From positions 134,232,001 to 134,296,000 of the forward strand of contig CM059431.1 of the NCBI GenBank assembly GCA_030390025.1: a DNA stretch of 64,000 nucleotides, written 5' to 3'. Position 1 is the stretch's first letter. Each line of letters begins with the position of its first letter. This DNA comes from Squalus acanthias (Eukaryota). Below the pieces are notes generated by a model. It had not been told where the DNA came from and made no database searches. It saw nothing but the letters and a program-made list of their open reading frames with translations. Below, piece after piece: positions 1 through 12,310 of the stretch. A program made the translations under genes and the position numbers.

Positions 1-358
1 GTCTTGATTATCTTAATTTCTGTGGTATGGCAAACACTCCCAGATCTTTTTTCTTTTGGCTATTGATTGATCTACTATACATTTACAGCATTTTCTGTTT
101 TAATTTCTGATATACAGCATTTACAGTTTTTCTTGTTATCGACTCGGATTAGGTTTGGGCATCTATAATTTCCAACAGAATGTATGGCTTCTCATTTCTC
201 GACTCTCATTCCTAAGCAGTTCAAATGCACTCCATTGTTGAGTGGCAACATACCTCTAAGGGTCATGCTTTTTTTTTAATTAGTTTATGGGATCTGGGCG
301 TCGCTGGCAAGGCCAGCATTTATTGCCCATCTCTAGTTGCCCTTGAGAAGGTGGTGGT

Positions 359-1161
359 CATAGAGTCATAGGGCTGGATTTTCATTGACCCGTGGAGGCG
401 GGTTTGGAGGCGTGTGGGGGGTTAAAATTGCGAAAACTGGCGGGCGGGCACAAGTCCGCCTCCATCCCGCCTCCACGCAATTTTCATTAAATCGTGTCTG
501 CTGGTCCCGACTCTGTCCCGCCTCTTAGAGGTGGGAAAGGCTGTTAAGGCCCTTAACAAGCACTAAATTGCCTCTATAATGCTGTTTTGAAAGGCCTTTG
601 TGATTTTAACCCTTTTTCTATGTGAAGCATGCCTGTTCTGAACCACGAATGTGAAACCTGGCGGGAGCACATTTGGATAGTTGATTATGGCCGGCCGGCT
701 GGCTGGCTGGCTTTGGGGATACATATATGGATAGCTATGTGGATGAATCTATATATGGATGGATGGAGAGGAGACATATCTGGGAGTGGTGGTGTAAAAA
801 TATCTAGGAGCAGACTTAGGGCTGCTGATGCTCATTTTGCATCCAGGTCCTCTCACAGCAAAGGCCAGGCAGTCTCTGAAGACCTTCAATGCAGCAGCAA
901 TGATGACATCATCAGAGGCGACTTTCAGACTGAAAACACTAATTGGTTCATGGGTTCCCACATGCTGGAACTCAATTGCCCAATTAGGTGAAAATTGCAT
1001 CAATCTCCCACATCCAATTGCAGTCGGGTGGATAACACGAAAAGTGGATGACACGACCCCAACCCGCCCCAGTATCAAAATCCAGCCCATAGAGTTATAC
1101 AGCACAGAAAGAGGCCCTTCGGCCCATCGTGTCTGCGCCGGCCATCAAGCCCTGTCTATTT
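359..1161 (-). mobile_element. Short 3'-terminal retroposon fragment (SINE or CR1 tail), itself split by a Harbinger-type element
   Basis: catagagtcata...atagagttatacagcacagaaagaggcccttcggcccatcg resembles the reverse-complement CR1 3' end at ~8881-8940. Confidence 0.6.
371..1088. mobile_element. Non-autonomous PIF/Harbinger-type element (718 bp)
   Basis: Perfect 12-bp TIR GGGCTGGATTTT / AAAATCCAGCCC, 3-bp TSD ATA, no coding capacity. Confidence 0.8.
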
Positions 1162-2694
1162 TGAGCCGCCTTCTTGAACTGCTGCAGTCTGTGTGGTGAA
1201 GGTACTCCCACAGTGCTGTTAGGGAGGGAGTTCCAGGATTTTGACCCAGCGACGATGAAGGATCGGCGATATACTTCTAAGTCAGGATAGTGTGTGACTT
1301 GGAGGGGAATTTGAAGGCGGTGGTGTTCCCATGTGCCTGCTGCCCTTGTCCTTCTAGGTGGAAGAGGTCGTGGGTTTGGGAGGTGCTGTCGAAGAAGCCT
1401 TGGCGAGTTGCTGCAGTGCATCTTGTAGATGGTACACACTGCAGCCACGGTACGCCGGTGGTGGAGGGAATGAATGTTTAAGGTGGTGGATGGGGTGCCA
1501 ATCAAACGGGCTGCTTTGTCCTGGATGGTGTCGAGCTTCTTGAGTGTTGTTGGAGCTGCACTCATCCAAGCAAGTGGAAAGTATTCCATCACACTCCTGA
1601 CTTGTGCCTTGTAGATGGTGGAAAGGCTTTGGGGAGTCAGGAGGTGAGACACTCGCCGCAGAATACCTAGCCTCTGACAATTAGAGAACAAGAATGCATT
1701 CTGTCAATTCCAATTGCGGAGCTTCTCGTTGTATGTCCAGCTCCACCTATATAGCAATTATGTAGGAGGAATGCATATCGGATAAATTGTTTTATATTCT
1801 CCTGGGTCCTTCTGATAATTCTCCTCTCAGGTCTACGGTTCACTCTTCCATAGTAAATGGAGGATTTCAATCCTGATTCGATAATTAACTACACATTGCA
1901 GGTTATGAAAGATGATGTAAACTCCTTCTATTCTGCATTACCAATGTGCCATAATGCCAACCTCAGAAGATACCATTTTAACACTTCTATTCCATGTCAA
2001 CAACCTTATTGTCCCTGTGAGTGAGGGGCCAAATTGTAAAAAGTTCTATGCTGTGGACCTGCAGCACTTAGGAACAGATCTGACAACAGAGACTTACATC
2101 TGTTTAACATTGTCTGGATCCCATAGGTGAAAAAAGTGTCTACTACTCAATTCACTTTTATTTCTCCTACCGAAGGGTAAAACAAAATCATCTTTTAAGT
2201 GAGAACTGTGTGTACATGCAATGTAATATAGCACATTTCAGTAAATCAAATACATATATACCAACACAAAAATGCTGAAATATGTATATATCCACTGCAC
2301 TACAAGAAAGAAACATCACAAGATAGTGTAATTAATAGCATATAAAGAAAACAGACATAAAGGATTAAGCATAGGCCTAAATGCTAGTCATTCTTTTTAT
2401 CATTTAAATCTGGATTATAAATGGAGGGGAAAGGAGATATTCAGACACCATCTGGTCAACATACCCTCACACAATTGATGCTAGTATACCTATGCAGCAG
2501 TTACAATTGCAGAGCTATGTTAAAAGATGATTGTTTTTCAAACTGAAGATTAAACGTTTGCATTTTACGCTATTTTTGTGCATCACATTGTAAATTTCAG
2601 AACCTCATTAGCATAATAATTATTCCTAGCTTGTAACTATGAAACTCTTTATCATTTTAAATTAACTGAATTCAGTTTCTTACACAATGCATAC

Positions 2695-3234
2695 CTTGTA
2701 GTAATTATTAGCACCAGACTGCATCATCATCTGTTGGGTAGAAATTATCTGCTTTCTGCGTTTACATTCCTCTTTCTGAGACTTCATCTCGTTAGCTAAT
2801 TTGCAAAGTTCCTTTTTTATTTGCTCTTTTCCAAATTCTGACGTTTGCAATTTTTCTTCATACATCTGCAAATGAGATGTAAGGTATTCCTGAGAATGAA
2901 GAAGATATTCTATGGTGAGCTGTGCTAACCTGAACATTTTCAGCAGGGCAGGATCCAGTGGGTTTTGGCAATAAGGACATTTTTCAGCATCCATGTTGCA
3001 AAAGGTGATATTCATTATATTTTCCTGCAAAGTGACAAAATCCAGTTCATTGGCCACTCTATCCACATCAATGGCACTAATTCGTCTCCAGTCGACCTTT
3101 TCATGACGAGTTTTGAATTTAAAGAGAGGAAGCTGACCTCTGCACACACCTGCTGTTAATGCTGACTGCAATGGGGTGCTGTCTGAAAGCGGATTGTGAG
3201 AAAAATGTACTGCTGATATCCCATTCAACCACAT
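2695..3234 (-). CDS. DZIP1: Coding exon of a DZIP1-family cilium assembly protein (Dzip-like N-terminal domain + coiled coil); downstream exons not identified in this window
   Basis: [79 protein letters not shown] is the DZIP1/iguana signature. Donor AAG|GTATGC at 2695/2694, polypyrimidine + AG acceptor at 3237-3236 (alternative 3243-3242). Paralog DZIP1L not fully excluded. Confidence 0.88.
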
Positions 3235-3650
3235 CCTAGAACTTGAAATGAGAAAAAGATATGTGAAATAGTTAAACTATTAATAGATTAAAAATAAAAC
3301 CAACATTGCTTTGGACTTTTACATTTTGATCTTGCAATAAATATAAATTCAGTTAAGTACTTTTAAGATTATTGCTAAAAATGAAACCCAAAACATTATA
3401 AACAGATGTAATATGAAACTGAAATATGCTAATTATCACTCACTTATCACACACAACCTAGTTAATGGCACAGTTCCTGGTGATTTACAGATCTGAATTT
3501 CCTTGCCATGCTGTTATGAAAATCCTCTTTTGTGGCAATTACTGATTAGACTGCCAAGACTACGGAGATCTGTTGCTGCTGCAGCTATCTCCATCTGATA
3601 CTCCTCTCTCTCCTTTGTGCTGTTCTTCAAGCTGGCAGGACATCCCTCCC

Positions 3651-3664
3651 ATCGTCATGGTAAC
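3651..3664. promoter_or_regulatory. Candidate RFX X-box (ATCGTCATGGTAAC)
   Basis: Perfect CATGGTAAC half with a degenerate second half, about 420 bp upstream of the DZIP1 coding exon. A minus-strand GTGAGT donor lies at 3443-3438. Confidence 0.45.
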
Positions 3665-3879
3665 CAAAAAGGGCACTATCAGTTACAAACCACTGCAGCA
3701 ATAAAGGAACAGTACCAATTAAAGAGAGTAAAATTACAATCCAGATACACAACAGAGCAATACAAAAATAAACAAGTAACTAAGCATAACAAGGAAGAAA
3801 ATAAGCATCCAATATTAATCATCACTTTGAAGTAACTAGTAGAGACAAAATTCAACTACATCAGAATTTAAGTGTACTA

Positions 3880-4244
3880 CAGGAAACTCTTTATTAACCG
3901 GCACCCAAATATCCGGAAATCTCTCTTAACCGGCAAAATTCTTGAGTAGGTAACCGGGGTTTTCCTTCATCTCTCGTTTAAAATTAACTTTAAAAAAAAA
4001 CCCCGAGGCGTTTGCCTTGTATCGGAGCATGTAGATTGGGAGGGGAATGTGCAGCCCGGGTAGGCAGCGGACACGACAGATGGTCAGCTGGCGTTCCCCG
4101 GTGAGACGGAGCTCCGAATGCAGGCGCATGTCAATGTGTACGGGGCTCTCGTACGTTGGGAGATATAACTCTCCGTTATCCAGACTTTTTGATTAACCGG
4201 CACCACGCCGGTCCTGTCGGTGCCGGTTAATAAAGAGTTTCCTG
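3880..4244. mobile_element. Tc1/mariner (Tigger/pogo-like) MITE, 365 bp
   Basis: 26-bp perfect TIR CAGGAAACTCTTTATTAACCGGCACC, TA on both sides, subterminal TTAACCGGCA repeats. Confidence 0.85.
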
Positions 4245-4736
4245 TATAATCAAACTGGTATAGATGGAATCAAATCAGCTCAACAAAGGCAGAACCACTG
4301 CATAGCACAAAATGAAACCAGCATACTGCCAAAATAAATAACAGCTCTGTAATAATTGTGAAATACCTGCAAGGTACAGCAGTCTGCAATATTATGACTT
4401 TTTTTTTGGTCACTTACAAAATATGCCCGGGCTTCACCTCCAATATAATTTGGATTCAAAACACTATGGAGACAAAGATGGAGGATGGAAGGTAAAGGTG
4501 GAAACACTCCTAGAACTCAGTTAATACGCATTATTGTGTTAACATCCACTTAGCTCTGAGAAGGGTCTCAGCACAAGCTTCAAGGCCAACTTGGTGGAAG
4601 CCCTGCATCTGGGTGCCGCATGGCTACAGGAACATGAAATTGTACAGGAAGGCCAGCAACAACCTCTGTTCTCTTTTGCAGCAATGTGATGGGCCCTTGG
4701 AGGCAATATAAAGGGAATGGAAACCTAGCTCCACTG

Positions 4737-4930
4737 ACTATTATTTTGTCTATACTCTTTAGGATCTTGAATATTTGAATAGGATCATCACAGAAATTTC
4801 TCTTCTCCGGTATAAAGAGTCCCAGATTCTGCAGCCTCTCTTCATTACTCAGGTGTCTTGCCCCAGCTATCAATTTAGTTGTCTATCGCTGCACCCTCTC
4901 CAATACCTAGATGTCTTTCTCATGAGGACC
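4737..4930 (-). mobile_element. Old CR1 ORF2 3' fragment
   Basis: Translation LSNEERLQNLGLF..EKR..IQIFKILK matches the CR1 C-terminal motif. Confidence 0.65.
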
Positions 4931-5250
4931 ATAACGGTACACTGTAAGAACACTGGGATAGGTACCCGACAATTATTTATCGAGGCATACCGTAACTTCT
5001 CATTAAAGAACTCTTTGGGGCATAACACCCAGCCTATGCCTAGGAGTGAATGATGCCTAGATTTGGCTCACTGTCAGACATCAACTAGTTTGGATTATAT
5101 TAGTGTTTACCTTACCAACATCTCTAGTTTCTGTGAAAATGCCTTCTTCTTACATTTTTCCAAAGTTATTAGCCATTTAGTATCCCATGGTGTAATCTGA
5201 CTACTAACTTCATTTTGAAAACAGTTTTAAGGCAATTTTCAGAGCTTTGT

Positions 5251-8200
5251 GTAAATAAAATCAGGGAGTTGAATGCGTGGCTCAAAGACTGGTGTGGGAA
5301 AAATGGGTTTTGCTTCTTGGGACACTGGCACCAGTACTGGGGCAGGAGAGAGCTGTTCCGTTGGGACGGACTTCACTTGGCCAGTGCTGGGACTAGTGTC
5401 CTGGCGAATCGAATAACTAGGGCTGTGGAGAGGGCTTTAAACTAATTAGTGGGGGGGAGGTTTCAAGAGAGCAAAAGATAAAAATGACAACAGAGAGGGT
5501 CATAGACATAGGTAGCAGTAGGCGAATCACAAATCAGAGCGTGGCAGGAAGGGACAGAGTGTGTGGAGTAAAAGGTAAAGTGGTAAAAAGTGAAAAAGCA
5601 GGAACTAAGTGCCACAAAGCATATTTGAAAGTTCTCTATCTGAATGCACGTAGCATTCGTAACAAAATAGACGAGTTAATGGCACAAATAACTACATATG
5701 GTTATGATATTGTGGCCATTACAGAAACATGGCTGCAGGGTGACAATGCCTGGGAATTAAACATACCAGGTTATTTAACGATCAGGAAGGACAGTCAGGA
5801 AGGAAGGGGAGGTGGGGTGGCTATGTTAATAAAGGAAGGAATCACTGTAATACAGAGTAATGATATTGGGTCAAAAAATCATGATAATGAAACAGTTTGG
5901 GTGGAGATAAGGAATAATAAGGGGAAAAAAACACTAGTGGGCGTAGTCTATAGGCCTCCGAACAGTTGCAACTCTGTTGGACGGAGTATCAATCAGGAAA
6001 TAGTTGAGGCATGTAATAGAAACATAGAAAACATAGAAACATAGAAACATAGAATCTAGGAGCTCTAGGAGCAGGGAACATCTATAATTATGGGGGATTT
6101 TAACTATCATATTAATTGGACAAATCAAATGGGGCAGGGCTGCCTTGAGGATGAGTTCATTGAGTGTATTAGGGATGGGTTTCTTGAGCAGTATGTAACT
6201 GAACCGACCAGGGGGCAAGCAACCTTAGATCTGGTCCTGCGTAACGAGACAGGATTAATTAAAAATGTCCTAGTAAAGGATCCCCTTGGAATGAGTGACC
6301 ATAACATGGTTGAATTCCATATTCAATTAGAGGGTGAGAAGGTTGGATCTCAAACAAGTGTGCTAAGCTTGAATAAAGGAGACTATGAAGGTATGCGAGC
6401 GGAATTGAGTAGAGTGGATTGGGAAAATAGATTAAAGGGTAAGACGACACATGATCAGTGGTGTACATTTAAGGAGTTATTTTACAACTTCCAAAAAATA
6501 TATATTCCACTGAAAAGAAAAGGGTGTAAAAAAAAGGACAGTCATCCGTGGCTAAGTAAAGAAATTAAGGATAGTATTCGACTAAAAACAAGGGCATATA
6601 AGGTAGCGAAATCTAGTGGGAGGACAGAGGATTGGGAAAACTTTAAAAGGCAGCAAAAAATAACAAAAAGATTGATTAAGAAAGGGAAGATAGATTATGA
6701 AAGTAAATTAGCAAAAAATATAAAAACAGATAGTAAGAGTTTTTATAGTTATATAAAAAGAAAAAGGGTGGCTAAAGTAAATGTTGGTCCCTTAGAGGAT
6801 GAGACCGGGAAATTAATGGTGGGAAATATGGAGATGGCAAAAACACTGAATGAATATTTTGTATCAGTCTTTACAGTAGAGGACACTAAGAATATCCCAA
6901 CACTGGACAAACAGGGGGCTATAGGGGGAGAGGAGCTAAACACGATCAAAATCACTAAGGAAGTGGTACTCGGTAAAATAATGGGACTCAAGGCAGATAA
7001 ATCACCTGGACCTGATGGCTTACATCCTAGAGTCTTGAAGGAAGTGGCGGTAGGGATTGTGGATGCATTGGTAATAATTTTTCAAAACTCCCTGGATTCC
7101 GCTAAGGTCCCGGCAGACTGGAAAACTGCTAATGTAACACCCTTATTTAAAAAGGGCAGTAGACAGAAGGCTGGTAACTATAGACCGGTTAGCCTAACAT
7201 CTGTGGTAGGTAAAATTTTGGAGTCCATTATTAAGGAAACAGTAACAGGACATTTGGATAATCATAATTTAATAGGACAAAGTCAGCATGGTTTTACGAA
7301 GGGGAAGTCATGTTTGACAAATTTGCTGGAGTTATTTGAGGAAGTAACATATAGAGTGGATAAAAAGGGAACCAGTGGACGTAGTGTATTTAGACTTCCA
7401 AAAGGCATTTGACAAGGTGCCACACAAAAGATTATTGCTTAAGGTAAAAAATCACAGGATTGGGGGTAATATTCTGGCATGGATAGAGGATTGGCTATCT
7501 AACAGAAAGCAAAGAGTTGGGATAAATGGTTCATTCTCAGACTGGCAATCCGTAACTAGTGGTGTTCCACAGGGGTCAGTGCTGGGTCCCCAACTCTTTA
7601 CAATCTATATTAACGATTTGGAGGAAGGGACCAAGTGTAACATATCAAAATTTGCAGATGATACTAAGATGGGAGGGAAAGTAGTGAGTGAGGAGGACAT
7701 AAAAAACCTGCAAGGGGACATAGACAGGCTAAGTAAGTGGGCAGAGATTTGGCAGATGGAATACAACACTGGAAAGTGTGAGGTGATGCACTTTGGCAGG
7801 AAAAATCCTAGAGCAATTTATTATCTTAATGGCAAGAAACTGGAGAGTACTGAAGTGCAAAGGGATCTGGGGGTCCTGGTGCACGAAACTCAAAAGGTTA
7901 GTATGCAGGTGCAGCAAGTGATTAAGAAGGCAAATGGAATGTTGGCTTTCATTGCTAGGGGGATAGAATATAAAAATAGGGAGGTATTGCTTCAGTTGTA
8001 CAAGGTATTGGTGAGACCGCACCTGGAATACTGCATACAGTTTTGGTGTCCTTACTTAAGGAAAGACATCCTTGCTCTCGAGGCAGTGCAAAAAAGGTTC
8101 ACTCGGTTAATCCCGGGGATGAGGGGGTGGTCATATGAGGAGAGGTTGGGTAGATTGGGACTCTACTCATTGGAGTTCAGAAGAATGAGAGGCGATCTTA

Positions 8201-8730
8201 TTGAAACATATAAGATTGTGAAGGGGTTGGATCGGGTGGATGCGGGGAGGATGTTCCCGATGACGGGTGAGACTAGAACTAGGGGACATAGTCTTAGAAT
8301 AAGGGGCTGCTCTTTCAAAACTGAGATGAGGAGGAACTACTTCACTCAGAGGGTGGTAGGTCCATGGAATATGCTGCCACAAAAAGCTGTAGAAGCTACA
8401 TCATTAAATAAATTTAAAACAGAAATAGACAGTTTCCTAGAAGTAAAGGGCATTAAGGGTTACGGGGAGCGGGCAGGAATTTGGACATGAGTCTAGGTTC
8501 GGATCGGTCATGGCCCTGTGGGTAGTGGAGTGGGCCCAGGGACCGTGTAGCCTGATTCTGCTCCTATTTCGTGTGTGCAATTCTGTTAGATGCAGGAGAT
8601 GGTTCTGTGATAGTAGATAGTAGATTGGCGGTTAGGATCAGATCAGCCATGATCTTATTGAATGGCGGAGCAGGCTCGAGGGGCCGATTGGCCTACTCCT
8701 GCTCCTATTTCTTATGTTCTTATGTTCTTA
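5251..8730 (+). mobile_element. Young CR1 LINE, 5'-truncated within ORF1; ORF2 broken by a 54-bp insert and a frameshift near 7366
   Basis: ORF1 esterase end (WDGLHL), APE (YLNARSI, ITETWL, SDH), RT ([14 protein letters not shown]), (TTCTTATG)n tail. Confidence 0.95.
6019..6072 (-). mobile_element. 54-bp antisense retroposon tail inserted in CR1 ORF2
   Basis: Absent from the sister copy at ~12955. Consists of (ACATAGAA)n repeats plus taggagc, the reverse complement of a CR1-type 3' terminus. Confidence 0.75.
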
Positions 8731-8880
8731 ACACAATACTCCAGGTGGGGCTAGACAAGCACTGTGTACAAACTCTCAATCATTTCCTGAGATATGTACT
8801 CTATTCCACCAGCTAATACAGACTAGCTAATCCGACTTGCTCTCTCCCCATTGTGCTGTTGACTTCAGCAATCTATCCAC

Positions 8881-9770
8881 CATAGAATCATAGAATAGTA
8901 CAGCACAGAAGGAGGCCATTCGGCCCATCGAGTCTGTGCCAGCTCTTTGGAAGAGCAATCCAGTTAGTCCCACTCCCCCGCTCTTTCCCCATTCCCTGCA
9001 ATTTTTTCTCCTTCAAATATTTATCCAATTCCCTTTTGAAGGCTACTATTGAATCTGTATTCACCACCCTATCAGGCAGGGCATTCCGAATCCTAACCAT
9101 TCGTGTAAAAAAGTTTTTCCTCATGTCGCCTCTGGTTCTTTTGCCAATCACCTTAAATCTGTGCCCTCTCGTTATCGACCCTTCAGCCATTGGAAACAGT
9201 TTCTCTTTATTTACTCCGTCTAAATCCTTCATGATTTTAAACACCTCTATCAAATCTCCTCTTAGCGTTGTCTGCTCCAAGGAGAACAACCCCAGTTGCT
9301 CTAGTCTATCCACGTAACGGTATTCCCTCATCCCTGGAACCATTCTAGTTAATCTCTTCTATACCTTCTCCAAAGCCTTCATGGCCTTCCTAAAGTGTGG
9401 TGCCCAGAATTGGACACAATACTCTAGCATCGTTTCTATAACTGCTACCTGAGTGCTTTCCACCAGTATCCCCAAATCCCTTTCTTGTGTCATTCCCTGT
9501 AGAATAATGTTTTTATTATTATTTTTTTCCATTCCCATGACTTTACATTTGTCCATATTAAGTGATATCTGCCACTCATGAGACTAGCTTCTCAATCTAT
9601 CCAGTTCCTTCTGTATTTGATCAACCTGTTCCCGATTGTTTATGGCTTTTCCCAATTTGGTATAATCTGCAAATTTAGTTTTGTTTATGTCCCCACTTCT
9701 AAGTAATTTCTGTACATTATAAACAGTCCCAATACCGATCCCTGGGGCACCCCGATCATCATCTCCTTTC
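8881..9770 (-). mobile_element. CR1 3' fragment (8881-~9428) abutting an older CR1 RT remnant (~9430-9770)
   Basis: ORFs 8888..9343 (RLEQLGLFSLE..LRGDLIEVFK), 9359..9556 (LEYCVQFWAP) and 9584..9772 (KFADYTKLG). Confidence 0.85.
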
Positions 9771-9929
9771 ATGCTGTTTCAGCTCCACGTACAACCATTC
9801 CGTTACTCCCTCCCATCCCAGTTGTTCTCCCCGTGTTGGCCTCTATCTTCACTCCCACAGTGCAAGGGACACAGACTTGATAAAAGCAGGTGTAAGGCAA
9901 GGCCTGCTTTTACCAGCATAAGAGTTTTA

Positions 9930-10545
9930 GAGGGAAAACTTCAGTTGCTTTGCGCCTCCCGTTAACACTCTAAGAGGCAAAGCAACTAGCGCCCAGGCGC
10001 GGCGCCACCAATGCCTCACGCGAAATTCAGCAGGAGGTTAGCGGCGGCGGTAACCGTTAGCGTCCCGCGGCACTGCGCCGCCGGCGATGACGACATCGCC
10101 GTGCGCAGTGCCCCGCTCGCGATCTTCGGTAGCGCCCCCTGACTTACCGCCGGACACTATGTCCGACGAGGTCAGGGGAGCCTACCTGCGGCCGGGGCGG
10201 CGCTAATTAAAGGCGAGGGGCCGGGTGGCCATTTTTGTTGTTGGCCACCTGCCCCTGTCGCCGTCCCCAGCCTCCTCTGCAGCCCCCCCCGCGGAGTGCC
10301 CCGGGTCGCGCTGTGCAAGGCCCCTCCCCTTTAAGAAGGGAAGGAAGGCCTGCAGTACTGCGGCCCGTAGCACCGCGATATTCCCTCGCAGAACCCAAGA
10401 GGGAGGCAGGGCGCTTCTAGTAGCGCCCCGCTTACTTCTTGGGGTGCTACCGATGAATTTCGGCCGCGGGGGCGCTAATTTTTTCGAGTTGTAGCGCCCC
10501 GGCGAAGTTAGCACCCCAAAGAGGGTGTGACTCAATTTTTCCCCC
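9930..10545 (-). mobile_element. Non-autonomous Harbinger element related to the 22633 family (616 bp)
   Basis: Imperfect TIR GAGGGAAAA / TTTTTCCCCC, TSD TTA/TTA. Its start is the reverse complement of the right end of 22633-23527. Confidence 0.8.
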
Positions 10546-10548
10546 TTA

Positions 10549-11036
10549 AAAAATAGAAAAATAAAATGTTATCGCTCACTTATACATTAGAAACCCTGTC
10601 CAATAAGGTAAGTTTATATTTAGTCCCATTAAAACTTATAAAAAACAAATTCAAAAAATTTAATTTTTGTTTAAAGTATTTAATTAAATGCCATTTTAAT
10701 TAATTTTATATGCGTAATGTAAAAAAAAATTATTTCATGTGTTTGTGTATTTTTTAAGTCATCCCCATTCATACTTATGACAGTTCCGTACATACGGAAA
10801 CCCCATAAGTATGAATGGGGATTCCCTTCTTTCATTGGTTGGGCTGGCACACGTGATCCCAGGGGCGCTCGCGAACCGCATGCGCCCCTGGGATACGTGG
10901 GCCTCTACGCATTTCTACCAGGAGAGGCCCAGGATCGCAAGCCTCCATATCTCCTGAACCACCAGGTAAATGCATAGATTTTTTGATGATCGGAGGCATC
11001 CGCCCGCAGGAAGCATCCGATCGCAAATTCAGGCCC
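10549..11036. mobile_element. Partial MITE-like element with a Harbinger-like right end, probably the target of 9930-10545
   Basis: Ends in AAATTCAGGCCC, similar to other Harbinger TIRs here. AT-rich core with a CpG-rich subterminal part. Left TIR not found. Confidence 0.45.
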
Positions 11037-11583
11037 ATTATCTTGGGTTTATGCACAAATTAGAATTGCCTTAACAATACCTTTGGAATTTCCAAAATGC
11101 ATAACCATTTGGAAAATAAATGTCTACCTTAGACAAACCCCATAATGAAAGTTAGCTACTCATGGTTGGCTCAAGCTTGTCCGGAAGATTCCAAGTATTT
11201 GGAGGAACACTGTCGTAGTGTAGGATGGCCTTCTCTTGTAGCCAGGTTATCTGCTTCACAGGTAATCTGTAAGCCTGCATAGGCATAAAGCTGAAAGGGA
11301 GCAAGCAGTCAGAAAGATTCCAGATGAGGCGACACCGCCAGGAAGCGAAAAGTGAGATTGGAGCAGTTGCAGTGGAACTGTGTCTTCTTTCCTTTCTGAA
11401 TTCTGCCAAGTTTTTAAAAGACCTTTTTAACATAGCACACGTCTGGGGTGGTGGCTTGTCAATAATAGGTTCTTACAAATACAACCAACGATTGATTGAC
11501 ACTTCACTTCTTTTCTCTCTGTGTCCACAACCTAACGGACGCAGGTGTTCAAAATAACCTCCAGCCAGCCTGGACTCGTTCTT

Positions 11584-11597
11584 GTTGCTATGGTGAT
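11584..11597. promoter_or_regulatory. Candidate RFX X-box (GTTGCTATGGTGAT)
   Basis: Close match to the RFX consensus GTTGCCATGGCAAC, in non-repetitive sequence within the DZIP1 upstream/intronic region. Confidence 0.4.
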
Positions 11598-12310
11598 CTA
11601 TCCTCTGCTGTGTGGTCTTTTACAATCTGCCCTTTTAAGAGTCCTTTTCCTTCAGACATGCTGGATCCGATTTAGTAGCAGGTCTTTATTTCATCAGATG
11701 AATTTTCACTACAATATCAAACACCATTAGGCCTCAGTGTCTACTGCCAAAACCATCCATTCCTCCAGGATCATCCTACAGACCAAATATAACACCACTT
11801 CTTTTCTTCACTATCAACCATCTCCTTAAACCCCCCCCCCCCCCCCCCATTACCCTCATTTCCAACAATAAATGCAGTGAGCTCACAGACTTCTTCATCA
11901 CTAACATTGAGATGATCTGTTCGGCTGTCTTTATTGCTCCCCCCACCCCCCTCTGCCCCTCGCACACCAAACCAAACCTCCCCCACCCCTGTCGTAGCCC
12001 TAATCCTAAGGGGGACAAATTCAGTATCGCCCCATTTGGGGCACAATTATCGGCCGGGCGCAAAGATTAGCGCCTGGCGCTAATTATCACCTCCGACTGC
12101 AAACTTGGCTTTTATCGCCCCTGGAGGTGATTGGAGCGCTAAATCAGGCGCTACACATCTGTCTTAAGGCGCAAAGGCCGAGGAGCGAGGCGCTACCTTA
12201 GAGCGCTGGCGAAGCTCATGTGATGTCAGTCAGCAATGGAACACAGACACAATGACGCCGGCCAGTTCTTAAAGGGGAGGGTTGATCTTGCTCTCCATCC
12301 ACATCCTACT

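Larger units (their letters stand above)
269..1676 (-). mobile_element. 3' part of a non-LTR retrotransposon (CR1/L2 superclade, 'family B'), split by an insertion at 359-1161
   Basis: ORF 1095..1691 encodes an RT C-terminal region (YKAQVRSVMEY..LAW). The poly-T and 3' UTR at 269-358 match the copies at ~20400-20515 and ~55201. Sequence joins as gtggtggt|gagccgcc across the insertion. Confidence 0.85.

Noticed and set aside
9960..10540. CpG island promoter
   Set aside because: CpG richness is confined to a TIR/TSD-bounded transposon.
11152..11433. 93-aa ORF as a DZIP1 coding exon
   Set aside because: No recognisable homology and no convincing splice sites.
11831..11848. Poly-C run as a functional G-quadruplex
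   Set aside because: Homopolymer expansion inside an L2 remnant with no other support.
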